Positions 34,970 through 43,791 of a DNA stretch of 64,000 nucleotides are shown here, piece after piece. The notes under the pieces were generated by a model. That model did no database searches and was not told the origin of the DNA. It saw only the letters and a list, made by a program, of their open reading frames with translations. The translations under genes were made by a program, and so were the position numbers. Each line of letters starts with the position of its first letter. Position 1 is the first letter of the stretch. Source of the stretch: Nanobdellota archaeon (lineage in GTDB: Archaea > Nanobdellota > Nanobdellia > Pacearchaeales > GW2011-AR1); NCBI GenBank assembly GCA_030698805.1, contig JAUYMA010000004.1, positions 19,065 to 83,064 of the forward strand, written 5' to 3'.

Positions 34970-36784
34970 ATGGAGAAAATAGCTAAAGTTTGGGTCTCAG
35001 TTTTTAGCTTTCTATCATTAATAACAATAATTGAAAATTTCTTGCATTACAAAGATCTGAATAATGTATTATTCATTCTTTTAGCATTGGCTTCTAATTT
35101 TGCCTTGGCAATCTTAATCATCTCCCTTAACAATTTAATCTTCAAAAAGACAAGAAACAAGTACTATACTATAGCTTTAAACACAATATTTTTTATAATG
35201 ATCTCCTGGTATGTGGCAAGTACATTTATAAGATTTTTCTTTGGCAACTTTGCCTCCTTCTCAGGACTGGGATTTTATTGGATGTCTACCAGTTTGTGGT
35301 CCCTATCTCTAATATTTTTCATTGTTCTATTAATCTCTGCTACGCTTTCGACATTCATGTCTAGAAAGATAGAACCTCGCAAAGAAAGATCGTTAGATAA
35401 ATTAGCAGTAACAGTCCTATTTTACGTTTTTATCATGCTGATAATACCAAATTTTTATCTCCAACATGCTACCCCTTTCACTAACATTTTAGGGAGCAAT
35501 CCTTTAAAAATAGACGTTGTACCGGTATATCAAACCAATAGTTCTACCGAGGCTCTTTTGAAAGAAATAACTTATTCTGGAAAAAATCCCAATATAGTCA
35601 TTGTTATGCTTGAATCTCTTTCCCCTGATCACATTCATTACTATGGTTATGAAAAAAACATTACTCCCAACTTAGATTGGTTTTTTGACAATGGAATAGC
35701 TTTTGAAAATGCTTATTCCAGCGCCACCCATACTGAGTATTCTCAAACTTCTTTTTTATCATCAAGATATCCCCTTAAAAGTAGAATAAGAGATACTTTC
35801 AATGAAGATTACCCTCGAGATTTTATATGGGATATTCTTAAAAATAATAACTACACCACGGGCTATATTACCTCTCAAGATGATCGATGGTTAAATTTAG
35901 AAAGTTATTGGAAAAAAGAGAATCTTGACTTTTATTGGAGCGGATTCATGGATAAGAAAGCCTCTGAAGTCAAAGGAGTATTTGGCCTAAGAAACGATGA
36001 TAGCAGAACCTTAGAAATAGCTGAATCTTTTATCAATTCAAGCGAAAAGCCATTTTTCTTATATATGAATCTCCAATCTACACATTATCCTTATGTTTAC
36101 CCAGAAGAATATGCTATTTTCCAGCCGGATGAATTATCTCCTCTGACATTTTATACCTATGTACCTAAAAAAGATAATCAGGTAATTCTTAATAGATATG
36201 ACAATTCCATATACTATATGGATGCGCAAATCGGAAAGTTAAAGAAAGGCCTTGAAGATAAAGGTATTCTAAATAACACTATCGTAGTTATAATTGCGGA
36301 CCATGGAGAAATGATAGAAGAACAGCATGGAGATAGGTTCCATGGTTTAAACATTTATGAGGGCAATATAAAAGTGCCTTTAGTTATATTTGTGCCCGGG
36401 GAAAAGCCATCATTAATAAAGAATAGGGTAAAAAGCATAGATGTAGTGCCTACAATTTTAGAGATTATTAAATTTCAATCCTCAGAGATCTTTCAAGGTG
36501 AAACAATGAAAAAAGACTCTGAGATATTCATTATGGCTCAGAGTCAAAATTTTATTATGGGGATTATTAAAGATGATATTAAATATATTATAAATGTCAA
36601 TAATGATAAGCCTGATGAAGCTTATAATCTCACAGCAGATCCTGAAGAACTAAATAATATTCTAGAGAATGGAAATTATTCGCAATTTTTCCCTTATAGG
36701 CAAAGAATTCTATCCTGGTATGCTTGCCAAATCAATTACTATCAAAACGAAGGCTATAAATCAAATTCCTCCATTAAGTGCTAA
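34970..36784 (+). CDS. LtaS/phosphoglycerol-transferase-like membrane enzyme (alkaline-phosphatase superfamily)
   Basis: About 5 N-terminal TM helices plus an extracytoplasmic domain with IVIVMLESLSPD (metal Glu), SSATHTEYS (Thr nucleophile candidate; no CxPxR sulfatase motif) and IIADHGE. Confidence 0.75.
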   Translation: MEKIAKVWVSVFSFLSLITIIENFLHYKDLNNVLFILLALASNFALAILIISLNNLIFKKTRNKYYTIALNTIFFIMISWYVASTFIRFFFGNFASFSGLGFYWMSTSLWSLSLIFFIVLLISATLSTFMSRKIEPRKERSLDKLAVTVLFYVFIMLIIPNFYLQHATPFTNILGSNPLKIDVVPVYQTNSSTEALLKEITYSGKNPNIVIVMLESLSPDHIHYYGYEKNITPNLDWFFDNGIAFENAYSSATHTEYSQTSFLSSRYPLKSRIRDTFNEDYPRDFIWDILKNNNYTTGYITSQDDRWLNLESYWKKENLDFYWSGFMDKKASEVKGVFGLRNDDSRTLEIAESFINSSEKPFFLYMNLQSTHYPYVYPEEYAIFQPDELSPLTFYTYVPKKDNQVILNRYDNSIYYMDAQIGKLKKGLEDKGILNNTIVVIIADHGEMIEEQHGDRFHGLNIYEGNIKVPLVIFVPGEKPSLIKNRVKSIDVVPTILEIIKFQSSEIFQGETMKKDSEIFIMAQSQNFIMGIIKDDIKYIINVNNDKPDEAYNLTADPEELNNILENGNYSQFFPYRQRILSWYACQINYYQNEGYKSNSSIKC

Positions 36785-37471
36785 ATGAAAGAAAAAAACA
36801 ATATTTCCTGCATAATCCCTGCGTATAACGAAGGCAAAAGAATAGAGAGAGTATTGAAAGTTATTCAAAACCATCCCTCAATAAAGGAAATTATTGCAAT
36901 TAATGATGGTTCAACAGACAATACTGCCCAAATAATTAAAAAATTTAGGGGGATCAAGCTCATAAACCTGAAACAAAATAGAGGAAAAGCTTCAGCTCTA
37001 GCAGCAGGGATAAAAATGGCTAAGTATTCCCACCTCCTCTTTATTGATGCAGACCTGTTGAATCTCAGAAAAAAGGATATAAGCAACTTAATTGCACCTA
37101 TTAAAAAAAACGAGGCAGATGTATCTTTAAGCCTAAGAAAAAATGCTCCTTTACATTTTAAGCTCATAGGCCTAGACTTTCTTTCTGGAGAAAGGACAAT
37201 TCCAAAATGTCTATTCAGGGATCTTGAAGAATTAGAGAGGATACCTGGATGGGGGATAGAAGTTTATATGAATAAACAGATAGTTGAAAAAAAACTAAGG
37301 ATCAAAGTGGTGAATTGGAATAGAGTTATAAGTCCATATCCCTCCGTTAAATTTGGTTTTGTCAAGGGAAATATAAGGCTCTTATCTATGATCTTGCAAA
37401 TAATGCGCACAATAGGAGTATGGGGGATGCCATTACAGATCATGAAAATGCTAAGATTGAAAGTTAAATAA
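36785..37471 (+). CDS. family 2 glycosyltransferase (dolichyl/polyprenyl-phosphate sugar synthase-like)
   Basis: SCIIPAYNEGKRI, INDGSTDNT, FIDADL (DxD). Starts 1 nt after the LtaS-like stop. Confidence 0.85.
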   Translation: MKEKNNISCIIPAYNEGKRIERVLKVIQNHPSIKEIIAINDGSTDNTAQIIKKFRGIKLINLKQNRGKASALAAGIKMAKYSHLLFIDADLLNLRKKDISNLIAPIKKNEADVSLSLRKNAPLHFKLIGLDFLSGERTIPKCLFRDLEELERIPGWGIEVYMNKQIVEKKLRIKVVNWNRVISPYPSVKFGFVKGNIRLLSMILQIMRTIGVWGMPLQIMKMLRLKVK

Positions 37472-38060
37472 ATTTAACTACCTGATTATATATTTTTTTG
37501 AATATAAAATAAAATACAACGAGGAAAACTGCTAAGAAAATTATTAGATATTGGCCCAAATTAAAGAATTCTAAAATTCTTTCCGCTGCAAATCCAAAGT
37601 AATATCCCAAGGCTGTAAAAAAGATAGTTCTTGGCAGAGTAATGATTAGGGAATAAAAAATAAATTTCCTCAACGGGACCCTTAAAGCGCCAGAAAAGAG
37701 TAGACCTATGGTTGTTAAAGGCGGTGTAAATTTAACTAAAAAAAGAGTTTTTCCCAGATGATTCTTCAAATGCTTTTCCATCTTATTTATCCTGGATTTT
37801 CTTAAACCCAAATAATGGCCATATCTCTCAATTAAAGTTAATCTTGTGGCAAAACCAATAGTATAATGTAAGAAATCTGCGACTAAATCTCCTGCTAAAG
37901 AAAGAAAGAAAATAATCCATATATTAAGAAATCCCAATGATGCTGCGAAAGCGGCCGCAGTTGTGATAATGGGCCCTTCCACAACCATTATTAAGAAAAT
38001 TATAAAATAACTATGTTGCTGAACATAGCCTGACAGCTCGGGCAGAGTACTTGTCGACAT
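37464..38060 (-). CDS. DedA/VTT-family membrane protein
   Basis: 198 aa with multiple TM segments. FIIFLIMVVEGPIITTAAAFAASLG and ...FLVKFTPPLTTIGLLFSGALRVP are typical DedA core motifs. Confidence 0.75.
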   Translation of the reverse strand: MSTSTLPELSGYVQQHSYFIIFLIMVVEGPIITTAAAFAASLGFLNIWIIFFLSLAGDLVADFLHYTIGFATRLTLIERYGHYLGLRKSRINKMEKHLKNHLGKTLFLVKFTPPLTTIGLLFSGALRVPLRKFIFYSLIITLPRTIFFTALGYYFGFAAERILEFFNLGQYLIIFLAVFLVVFYFIFKKIYNQVVKFI

Positions 38061-38147
38061 CTTATCTCAAAATTCTAGAATTATTTAAAACTAATGGAAA
38101 AGATAAATAAGCCCATATTAACCTTACGTCTTTAATGAAGGGGATAC

Positions 38148-39224
38148 TTATTTGAAGTCAAGCTGTCTTTCACTTTCGCAGATAACTTTCATCGCATTCT
38201 TTATAGATTTTTCAGTCTTCCAAGGGCATTTTAGGCCTTTAAAATTTAAGGCGGCACGAATATCTTTTTGTAGATTTAGATCATTCTGAGAAGTATGATG
38301 AAAATACTTTCTATTTTCATAATAATCTCCTAGATACTCCTGTTCGGTCTGGCCAGGGGTAGGAATAAACAAAACATTTTTATTGCCTATTTCTGCAACT
38401 TCCATAACTGTAGTATATCCTGACCTTGTGATAATAAATTTAGCACGATTCATCATCTCAGCTTGTTTCTCTCTTTTAAGAAAACTATAAAAAGTAACAT
38501 TTTTTGTCTTCTCAAGTTTATTCTGTTCAGGTTTAGCTAAAGCAACGACGATTTTACCCTTGAGAGATAAAACCTGTTCGCGTATTTTCTTTTCCAATTC
38601 CCCTCTCCATGGCTCTGGACCTGAAAGAGTAACAAAAAAATCTATATCCTTAGGCATTTTCTTCTTTTTAACATGGGAAAGAATTCCGATGTAATGTACC
38701 TCTCCCTCATAAAAACGATTATAGCTTAAGTCTCCGCTGAGCTCCCTTCCAGGAAAATCAGGCACTATTACTTTTCCATATTTGCCCATTAATTTACCTA
38801 GGATTAACTCTACTATAACTTCTAAGAAAGGAACTCTGAACCTTAGTTGATGATTTATCAAAATAGAATTGTCGGGGCGATCATAAACATCTGCTCTGCA
38901 ATCGCTTACCACAAGATCATACTTTTCCTTTTTAATAATGGTTTTAATTCTATTTCTAAAAAAAGTTAGATTCTTCAGAACTGAGAAGAAAGAAAGCGCC
39001 GAATTAAGGATAAAAGAGGAAATATTTTTTCTGGGGATGGCTCCTTCAAGGACAATATCAAAGTAGATACATTTCTTCCTGAAGTAGTTTTTTAGCAACT
39101 TCATTGCTCTCCCGGCAGAAACAATATGTACTTCATCTCCTTTTTTTAACAAAGCAGATATTAATGGAATGGACCTAGTAGCATGGCCCAATCCCCAGTC
39201 AGAAACTCCAAATAAGACTTTCAT
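38148..39224 (-). CDS. GT-B glycosyltransferase (MurG/GT28-like)
   Basis: N-terminal DWGLGHATRSIPLI motif; C-terminal ITRSGYTTVMEVAEIGNKNVLFIPTPGQTEQ (nucleotide-sugar binding pattern). Confidence 0.7.
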   Translation of the reverse strand: MKVLFGVSDWGLGHATRSIPLISALLKKGDEVHIVSAGRAMKLLKNYFRKKCIYFDIVLEGAIPRKNISSFILNSALSFFSVLKNLTFFRNRIKTIIKKEKYDLVVSDCRADVYDRPDNSILINHQLRFRVPFLEVIVELILGKLMGKYGKVIVPDFPGRELSGDLSYNRFYEGEVHYIGILSHVKKKKMPKDIDFFVTLSGPEPWRGELEKKIREQVLSLKGKIVVALAKPEQNKLEKTKNVTFYSFLKREKQAEMMNRAKFIITRSGYTTVMEVAEIGNKNVLFIPTPGQTEQEYLGDYYENRKYFHHTSQNDLNLQKDIRAALNFKGLKCPWKTEKSIKNAMKVICESERQLDFK

Positions 39225-39294
39225 ATGGACAACAAGGCTAGGACACTTTTATACTTTTCGAAAAAGATATAAACTTGTGAAATAAATCAAATAA

Positions 39295-39588
39295 ATGCAA
39301 ATAGTCAATAATAGATATCTAGAAACGTTGTTTAGACTGATGTTATTATCCGCCATTGTCCATGTTACTCTCCTTATAATCTACTCAATGAAAATCAAAG
39401 ATTTATCTCCTTTGAATTACATCAGCATATTAGAGATCGACCTCTTCTTCCCATCAATCGTACAGAATGCTTCTGGTGCCTGGGCAGGATGGATTTTGCT
39501 CATAGTGCTCTACGTAGCGATATTCCACCTTATCCCTCCTGCCAAAACGCCAAAGTCTCGGAAGAATCTAAAAATTGCAAGAAAATAA
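39295..39588 (+). CDS. small membrane protein, unknown function
   Basis: 97-aa ORF with about 3 hydrophobic segments and a basic tail. Confidence 0.4.
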   Translation: MQIVNNRYLETLFRLMLLSAIVHVTLLIIYSMKIKDLSPLNYISILEIDLFFPSIVQNASGAWAGWILLIVLYVAIFHLIPPAKTPKSRKNLKIARK

Positions 39589-39618
39589 TTTTATAAAGGC
39601 CCTTTACCCCCTAAAAGG

Positions 39619-40218
39619 ATGGATTATAATAAGAGGTTATTAATCATATTTATTATCTTGCTATTGCCAATCGGACTTGGGGCACTTTACACAGGTAGCC
39701 AATTTATAATTGATTTTTTATTAGCAGTAGTCCTGCTTCTCTTACTTTATACATTGAGGGATAAAATAAAACTACATCCTTTCCATTATAGCTTAGTGGG
39801 GCTTACTCTTTTAGCCCACAATTCAGGATGGTGGGGCACCTATACAAAATACCCTTTTGGACTAGAATTTGATTTTTACTTGCACTTTCTTTCCGGGCTC
39901 ACAATAGGCTTGATAAGCTATAGATTCACTTCATCAAAAATGCACTATTCTAAAAAAGAGCGTTATATATCTTGCATAATCATTTTATTAGTGCTAATCT
40001 TCGCCCATGAGGGAGTTGAATATGCAGGGGGAGAGATTCTAGGAGATGGAGATGGAGTCCTATTTAGAGGTTCAGGAGACTTGGATGATCATGATACTCT
40101 TAAAGATTTAATTAATGGTTTTGTAGGTGGCATAATTGCATTGGGCGGATACTATCTTTATACTCGAGATAAATCCTTTTCTAAAAAAAGGATTAAACCT
40201 TTGAGGGCAAAAAGATAG
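39619..40218 (+). CDS. polytopic membrane protein, unknown function
   Basis: 199-aa ORF with about 5 hydrophobic segments. Acidic loop GDGDGVLFRGSGDLDDHD. Confidence 0.45.
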   Translation: MDYNKRLLIIFIILLLPIGLGALYTGSQFIIDFLLAVVLLLLLYTLRDKIKLHPFHYSLVGLTLLAHNSGWWGTYTKYPFGLEFDFYLHFLSGLTIGLISYRFTSSKMHYSKKERYISCIIILLVLIFAHEGVEYAGGEILGDGDGVLFRGSGDLDDHDTLKDLINGFVGGIIALGGYYLYTRDKSFSKKRIKPLRAKR

Positions 40219-40266
40219 TTCTTTTGAAACAACAAATTTATTAATCTCTTATTGGTTTTAGCGATA

Positions 40267-41307
40267 ATGAAAATAGTATATGGCATAGCTGGAGAAGGCC
40301 AGGGCCATCTCTCGCGTTCTAAAGAGATAGTAGATTACCTGAAGAAGAAAGGACATGAAATATTAGTTATTACTTATGGGCAAGCTTATTCCCCAATATC
40401 TAAAGACTACCCCGTCATAAAAATAAATGGAATCCACCCGATATTCAAAAAAAATAAGATGAGATTAATGAATTCTCTTAGGCATAATTCCTTAAGGGTA
40501 CTCAAAGACCTTAAAAGATGGAAAGAGATAAACAAGCAAATAAAAAAGTTTTGCCCTGATCTTTTCATAACTGATTTTGAACCTTTTACGGCGAGATTAG
40601 CCTATTACAATAAAAAGCCTCTGATAAGCATAGATAATCAGCATTTACTCCTGCAAGAGATTCCTAAAGATATTAAGAGCAATAACTATCGAGATTTTCT
40701 AGTGTCGAAATATGCCTCTAAATTTTGCGTACCTAAAGCAAAATTGTTTATTTTGCTTTCTTTATATAAGATAAAAATAAAGACTAAAAGGACAATTATA
40801 ATGGACCCTATAATAAGAAGTGAAATAAAAAAGCATAAACCTAGAAAAGGAAGTCACGTCTTAGTATATCTGAGTAAGGCTGATGATGGCCTCATAAAGA
40901 TTTTAAGAAATATCCCTGGGAGATTTATCATCTATGGATGTGATAGGAATGCAACTAATTCTAATTTAATATTCAAAAAAAACAATGAGGGATTTGTTAA
41001 AAACCTCTTATCCTGTAAGGCAGTAATTGCCACTGCTGGTTTCTCCCTGATCTCAGAATCAATTTTCCTAAAAAAGCCTTATTTCGCCCTTCCATATTAT
41101 CACTTTGAACAACTCCTAAATGCTCATTTTATTAAGAACAAAGGTTTTGGGGAATTCTCAAAAGTCCCTTCAGCAACTCAAATAATAACCTTTCTCAGCA
41201 ATTTGCCCACTTATGAAAAGAACCTTGGAAAGAAAGATTTAAGCAAAAGCAACTCCTTAGAATTGATAAACAAAGCCATAAATGACTGTGCCTCAAATAG
41301 GGGCTGA
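40267..41307 (+). CDS. GT-B glycosyltransferase (MJ1255/MurG-like family)
   Basis: N-terminal GIAGEGQGHLSRSKEI, C-terminal ATAGFSLISESIFLKKP. Start moved to ATG 40267. Confidence 0.7.
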   Translation: MKIVYGIAGEGQGHLSRSKEIVDYLKKKGHEILVITYGQAYSPISKDYPVIKINGIHPIFKKNKMRLMNSLRHNSLRVLKDLKRWKEINKQIKKFCPDLFITDFEPFTARLAYYNKKPLISIDNQHLLLQEIPKDIKSNNYRDFLVSKYASKFCVPKAKLFILLSLYKIKIKTKRTIIMDPIIRSEIKKHKPRKGSHVLVYLSKADDGLIKILRNIPGRFIIYGCDRNATNSNLIFKKNNEGFVKNLLSCKAVIATAGFSLISESIFLKKPYFALPYYHFEQLLNAHFIKNKGFGEFSKVPSATQIITFLSNLPTYEKNLGKKDLSKSNSLELINKAINDCASNRG

Positions 41308-41314
41308 AAAAACC

Positions 41315-41322
41315 TTTAAAAA
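41315..41322 (+). promoter_or_regulatory. TATA-like box (TTTAAAAA) at -31..-24 of tRNA-Thr
   Basis: Fixed spacing shared by all nine tRNA genes. Confidence 0.45.
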
Positions 41323-41345
41323 CCTCATCCAATAGAGATTTATAT

Positions 41346-41419
41346 GCCTCCATAGCTCAGTCGGTTAGAGCGGCAGTTTTGTAAACTGTAGGTCGGGGGT
41401 TCAATTCCCCCTGGAGGCT
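41346..41419 (+). tRNA. tRNA-Thr (anticodon TGT)
   Basis: Acceptor GCCTCCA/TGGAGGC, D GCTC/GAGC, anticodon stem GCAGT/ACTGT, loop TTTGTAA, T arm GGGGG-TTCAATT-CCCCC, discriminator U. Confidence 0.9.
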
Positions 41420-41426
41420 TATCATT

Positions 41427-41789
41427 ATGAAAGCAATTATTGATGTAAAAGTTAAAGACTTGGAGAGGGCTATTGAATTTTATACTGAAAAACTGGGATT
41501 GTCTTGCCGCCATAAAGACAAGGAATGGGCAGCAATTAAAGTAGGAGATGCTGAAATTCACCTTTACCTTCATGCAGGAATTACCTCTGGGCTTGAATTT
41601 TATGTTGATGATCTAGATAATGAAGTTAAAAAATTAAAAAAGAAAGGAGTTGATTTTTTCTCAAATAAAAAGATGGTTAATTTTATAAGTGTGGACAAAA
41701 ATCAGATAACTACCTTTCCTTGGGGGAGAAATGCCTTTTTCAAAGATTCTGAAGGCAATCAACTAGCCTTAGTTAAAGATTTTGAATAA
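41427..41789 (+). CDS. glyoxalase/bleomycin-resistance (VOC) family protein
   Basis: VKVKDLERAIEFYTEKLGL... and C-terminal FFKDSEGNQLALV are typical VOC beta-alpha-beta-beta-beta modules. Confidence 0.7.
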   Translation: MKAIIDVKVKDLERAIEFYTEKLGLSCRHKDKEWAAIKVGDAEIHLYLHAGITSGLEFYVDDLDNEVKKLKKKGVDFFSNKKMVNFISVDKNQITTFPWGRNAFFKDSEGNQLALVKDFE

Positions 41790-41792
41790 GAA

Positions 41793-42041
41793 CTAAACTT
41801 TCTTCCACTCTAAAATATCTCTAAATGCGTACTCTCTATAATCTCTCTTATCTAAATCCCATACCTTCAATAACCATTGATCTCCTGTGTGATATTCATT
41901 GTGGCCGTAATATATCTTTAAGGGGATGATTTTCCTATCCTTAACTTCCCCCTTATAATTTCTATAAACCACTTCCATTGCCATATCCTCGGCTTTCTTG
42001 CTTCCTAAGATCTGAACAATCTCATCAGGCATTTCATCCAT
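41793..42041 (-). CDS. stand-alone WYL-like domain protein (82 aa)
   Basis: VVYRNYKGEVKDRKIIPLKIYY...QWLLKVWDLDKRDYREYAFRDILEW follows the WYL-domain pattern (Y-x-G-x(3)-R-x-I-x-P ... W-[YL]-L ... R-x-[FY] ... I). Confidence 0.4.
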   Translation of the reverse strand: MDEMPDEIVQILGSKKAEDMAMEVVYRNYKGEVKDRKIIPLKIYYGHNEYHTGDQWLLKVWDLDKRDYREYAFRDILEWKKV

Positions 42042-42101
42042 ACAAAATTGAAATCAGTTAACTATTAAAATTCTATTGTTGTGTACAATAAGAGGTAGAA
42101 T

Positions 42102-42707
42102 ATGGAGTCCATTGATGCAACGCAGTCATTAAAACAACTCGAAGAAGAGTGCAAAAAAGCAGACCTGCCCCTAAAGCAAAGCGCAACTAACCTAGTTTTT
42201 GGCAAAGGCAACCCTAACGCCGACATAATGTTTGTCGGAGAAAGCCCTGGAAATAATGAAGACTTGCAAGGAATGCCGTTTGTAGGGGCTGCAGGAAAGA
42301 ACCTAGACAAATTATTGAATACAGTTGGATTATCTATGCAGGATGTGTACATAGCAAATATTCTGAAATATCGCCCGCCTCAAAACAGGCCCCCGCAAGA
42401 AGAAGAAATAAGGGCGCACACACCCTGGCTCATAAAGCAGATAAAGGAAATAAAGCCAAAAGTTGTTTGTTCCCTTGGAAACTATGCAACTAAATTTTTC
42501 CTGTCAGGTCTTAATCCAGAAAAGATGAAAAATCAACCAGGCATAACGCAAATACATGGAAAAGTTCAAGATATTGAATTTGAAGGTATGAAGTTCAAGC
42601 TAATTCCACTATTCCATCCGGCGGCAATCATTTACAACAGGGCTTTGATTACATTATGGGAAAAAGACATGGAAATCGTTAAAGAGATTACTAATAAGAA
42701 ACAATAA
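42102..42707 (+). CDS. udg: uracil-DNA glycosylase, family 4
   Basis: [42 protein letters not shown] and ...FHPAAIIY motifs. Confidence 0.9.
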   Translation: MESIDATQSLKQLEEECKKADLPLKQSATNLVFGKGNPNADIMFVGESPGNNEDLQGMPFVGAAGKNLDKLLNTVGLSMQDVYIANILKYRPPQNRPPQEEEIRAHTPWLIKQIKEIKPKVVCSLGNYATKFFLSGLNPEKMKNQPGITQIHGKVQDIEFEGMKFKLIPLFHPAAIIYNRALITLWEKDMEIVKEITNKKQ

Positions 42708-42724
42708 AACTCTCCCCTACAGGT

Positions 42725-42874
42725 TTATACTTCAGATAAATCTATCTTGTCTTTCACATTTCCCAGCCGAAGAAACTTATAATGGGCGCTTTTTGTAGGT
42801 TTCCCACACTTAGGGCATCGTTGTTTAAAAGTGTAAACTGCTTCCTCATGTCCTGCACATTTTAGAATCTTCAT
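42725..42874 (-). CDS. nop10: H/ACA RNP protein Nop10 (49 aa)
   Basis: Hand translation: MKILKCAGHEEAVYTFKQRCPKCGKPTKSAHYKFLRLGNVKDKIDLSEV. The YT-x(4)-CP-x-CG-x(2)-T-x(2)-AH pattern and the position immediately downstream of aIF2alpha match the conserved archaeal arrangement. Confidence 0.7.
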   Translation of the reverse strand: MKILKCAGHEEAVYTFKQRCPKCGKPTKSAHYKFLRLGNVKDKIDLSEV

Positions 42875-42875
42875 T

Positions 42876-43577
42876 TTAGTCTTCCTTTATTTCAAAAAAA
42901 GCTTTCTTCTCTTTGGCCTTTTTCCCCATATTATTTAGAACTTCATCTATTTTAGTATTGACCTCTTTAAACTCCTTCCCCTTAGAGGTTATAGAGAACT
43001 GGGAAGATCCTAAATAATGGATTTCCATCTCTCCTGGAACATTTAAAATTTCTTTTAAGTCTTCCAAACCTTGATCTGAAAAAGACTTTAATGTGAATAT
43101 TTTTTTAGATTCCTTTTCCTTTTCTTTCTTTTCCAAAAGTAAACCTGCTACTTTCTTAGCCTCTTCTTTGCTAAGATATTTTTCCAGTATATTAGGGTCT
43201 TCTCTTGATTCATCATAAAGTCTCCACAATTCCTCTCGGGATTTTATCTTAGCCAGGATTTCTTCATAATTCGGAAAGACTGCTTTTAATAAAGAAACCA
43301 TGGTTCTTTCTTTAGTATATCTCTCCTTAATTTCCTCTTTCTCCTTTGTAGTTACTCTCCTAAGGCTTAGTTGAATATGGCCATTCATTATCTTTAATAC
43401 CTTGCAGACAACCTTTTTATTGGGGGCAACATATTCTCTTAAGTTCCTTATCCTTCCCGCCGCAACTTCTGATAAAACCATGCTTCCTTCACCGTTCCCT
43501 TCAACATCCAGAAATATAGTTGTTCCCTCAACTCTTTTCACCGTGCACATTACTAAATCGTCTTCTTTTATCTCCAT
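42876..43577 (-). CDS. eif2a: translation initiation factor aIF2 alpha subunit
   Basis: N-terminal S1/OB (DDLVMCTVKRVEGTTIFLDV...GSMVLSEVAAGRIRNLREYV), then helical and alpha-beta domains. Sits in the S27e-aIF2a-Nop10 context. Confidence 0.85.
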   Translation of the reverse strand: MEIKEDDLVMCTVKRVEGTTIFLDVEGNGEGSMVLSEVAAGRIRNLREYVAPNKKVVCKVLKIMNGHIQLSLRRVTTKEKEEIKERYTKERTMVSLLKAVFPNYEEILAKIKSREELWRLYDESREDPNILEKYLSKEEAKKVAGLLLEKKEKEKESKKIFTLKSFSDQGLEDLKEILNVPGEMEIHYLGSSQFSITSKGKEFKEVNTKIDEVLNNMGKKAKEKKAFFEIKED

Positions 43578-43744
43578 AAAATCGCCTCGATCATTGCTCG
43601 AATTTTAGTCTTGCCGCCTGCAGGTTTGGTAAGTAAGTAATTGCACTTCCTGCATTTGATGCTTAAAGAAGATTTCCCAAATACAATATGCCTCTGCCTA
43701 CATCGGGGGCATACTATTTTTAAGAATTTACTCTTAGACTCCAT
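43568..43744 (-). CDS. rps27e: ribosomal protein S27e (eS27)
   Basis: Hand translation: MESKSKFLKIVCPRCRQRHIVFGKSSLSIKCRKCNYLLTKPAGGKTKIRAMIEAILWR. C4 zinc ribbon and the TKPAGGKTKI motif. 10-nt overlap with the aIF2alpha start. Confidence 0.8.
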   Translation of the reverse strand: MESKSKFLKIVCPRCRQRHIVFGKSSLSIKCRKCNYLLTKPAGGKTKIRAMIEAILWR

Positions 43745-43791
43745 GAATATTAGACAAAATGACTTTTTTTAAACCTTTAGATGCTTAATTC

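Noticed and set aside
41340-41573. 77-aa minus-strand ORF.
   Set aside because: It runs antisense through tRNA-Thr (41346-41419) and the VOC-family gene, so it is spurious.
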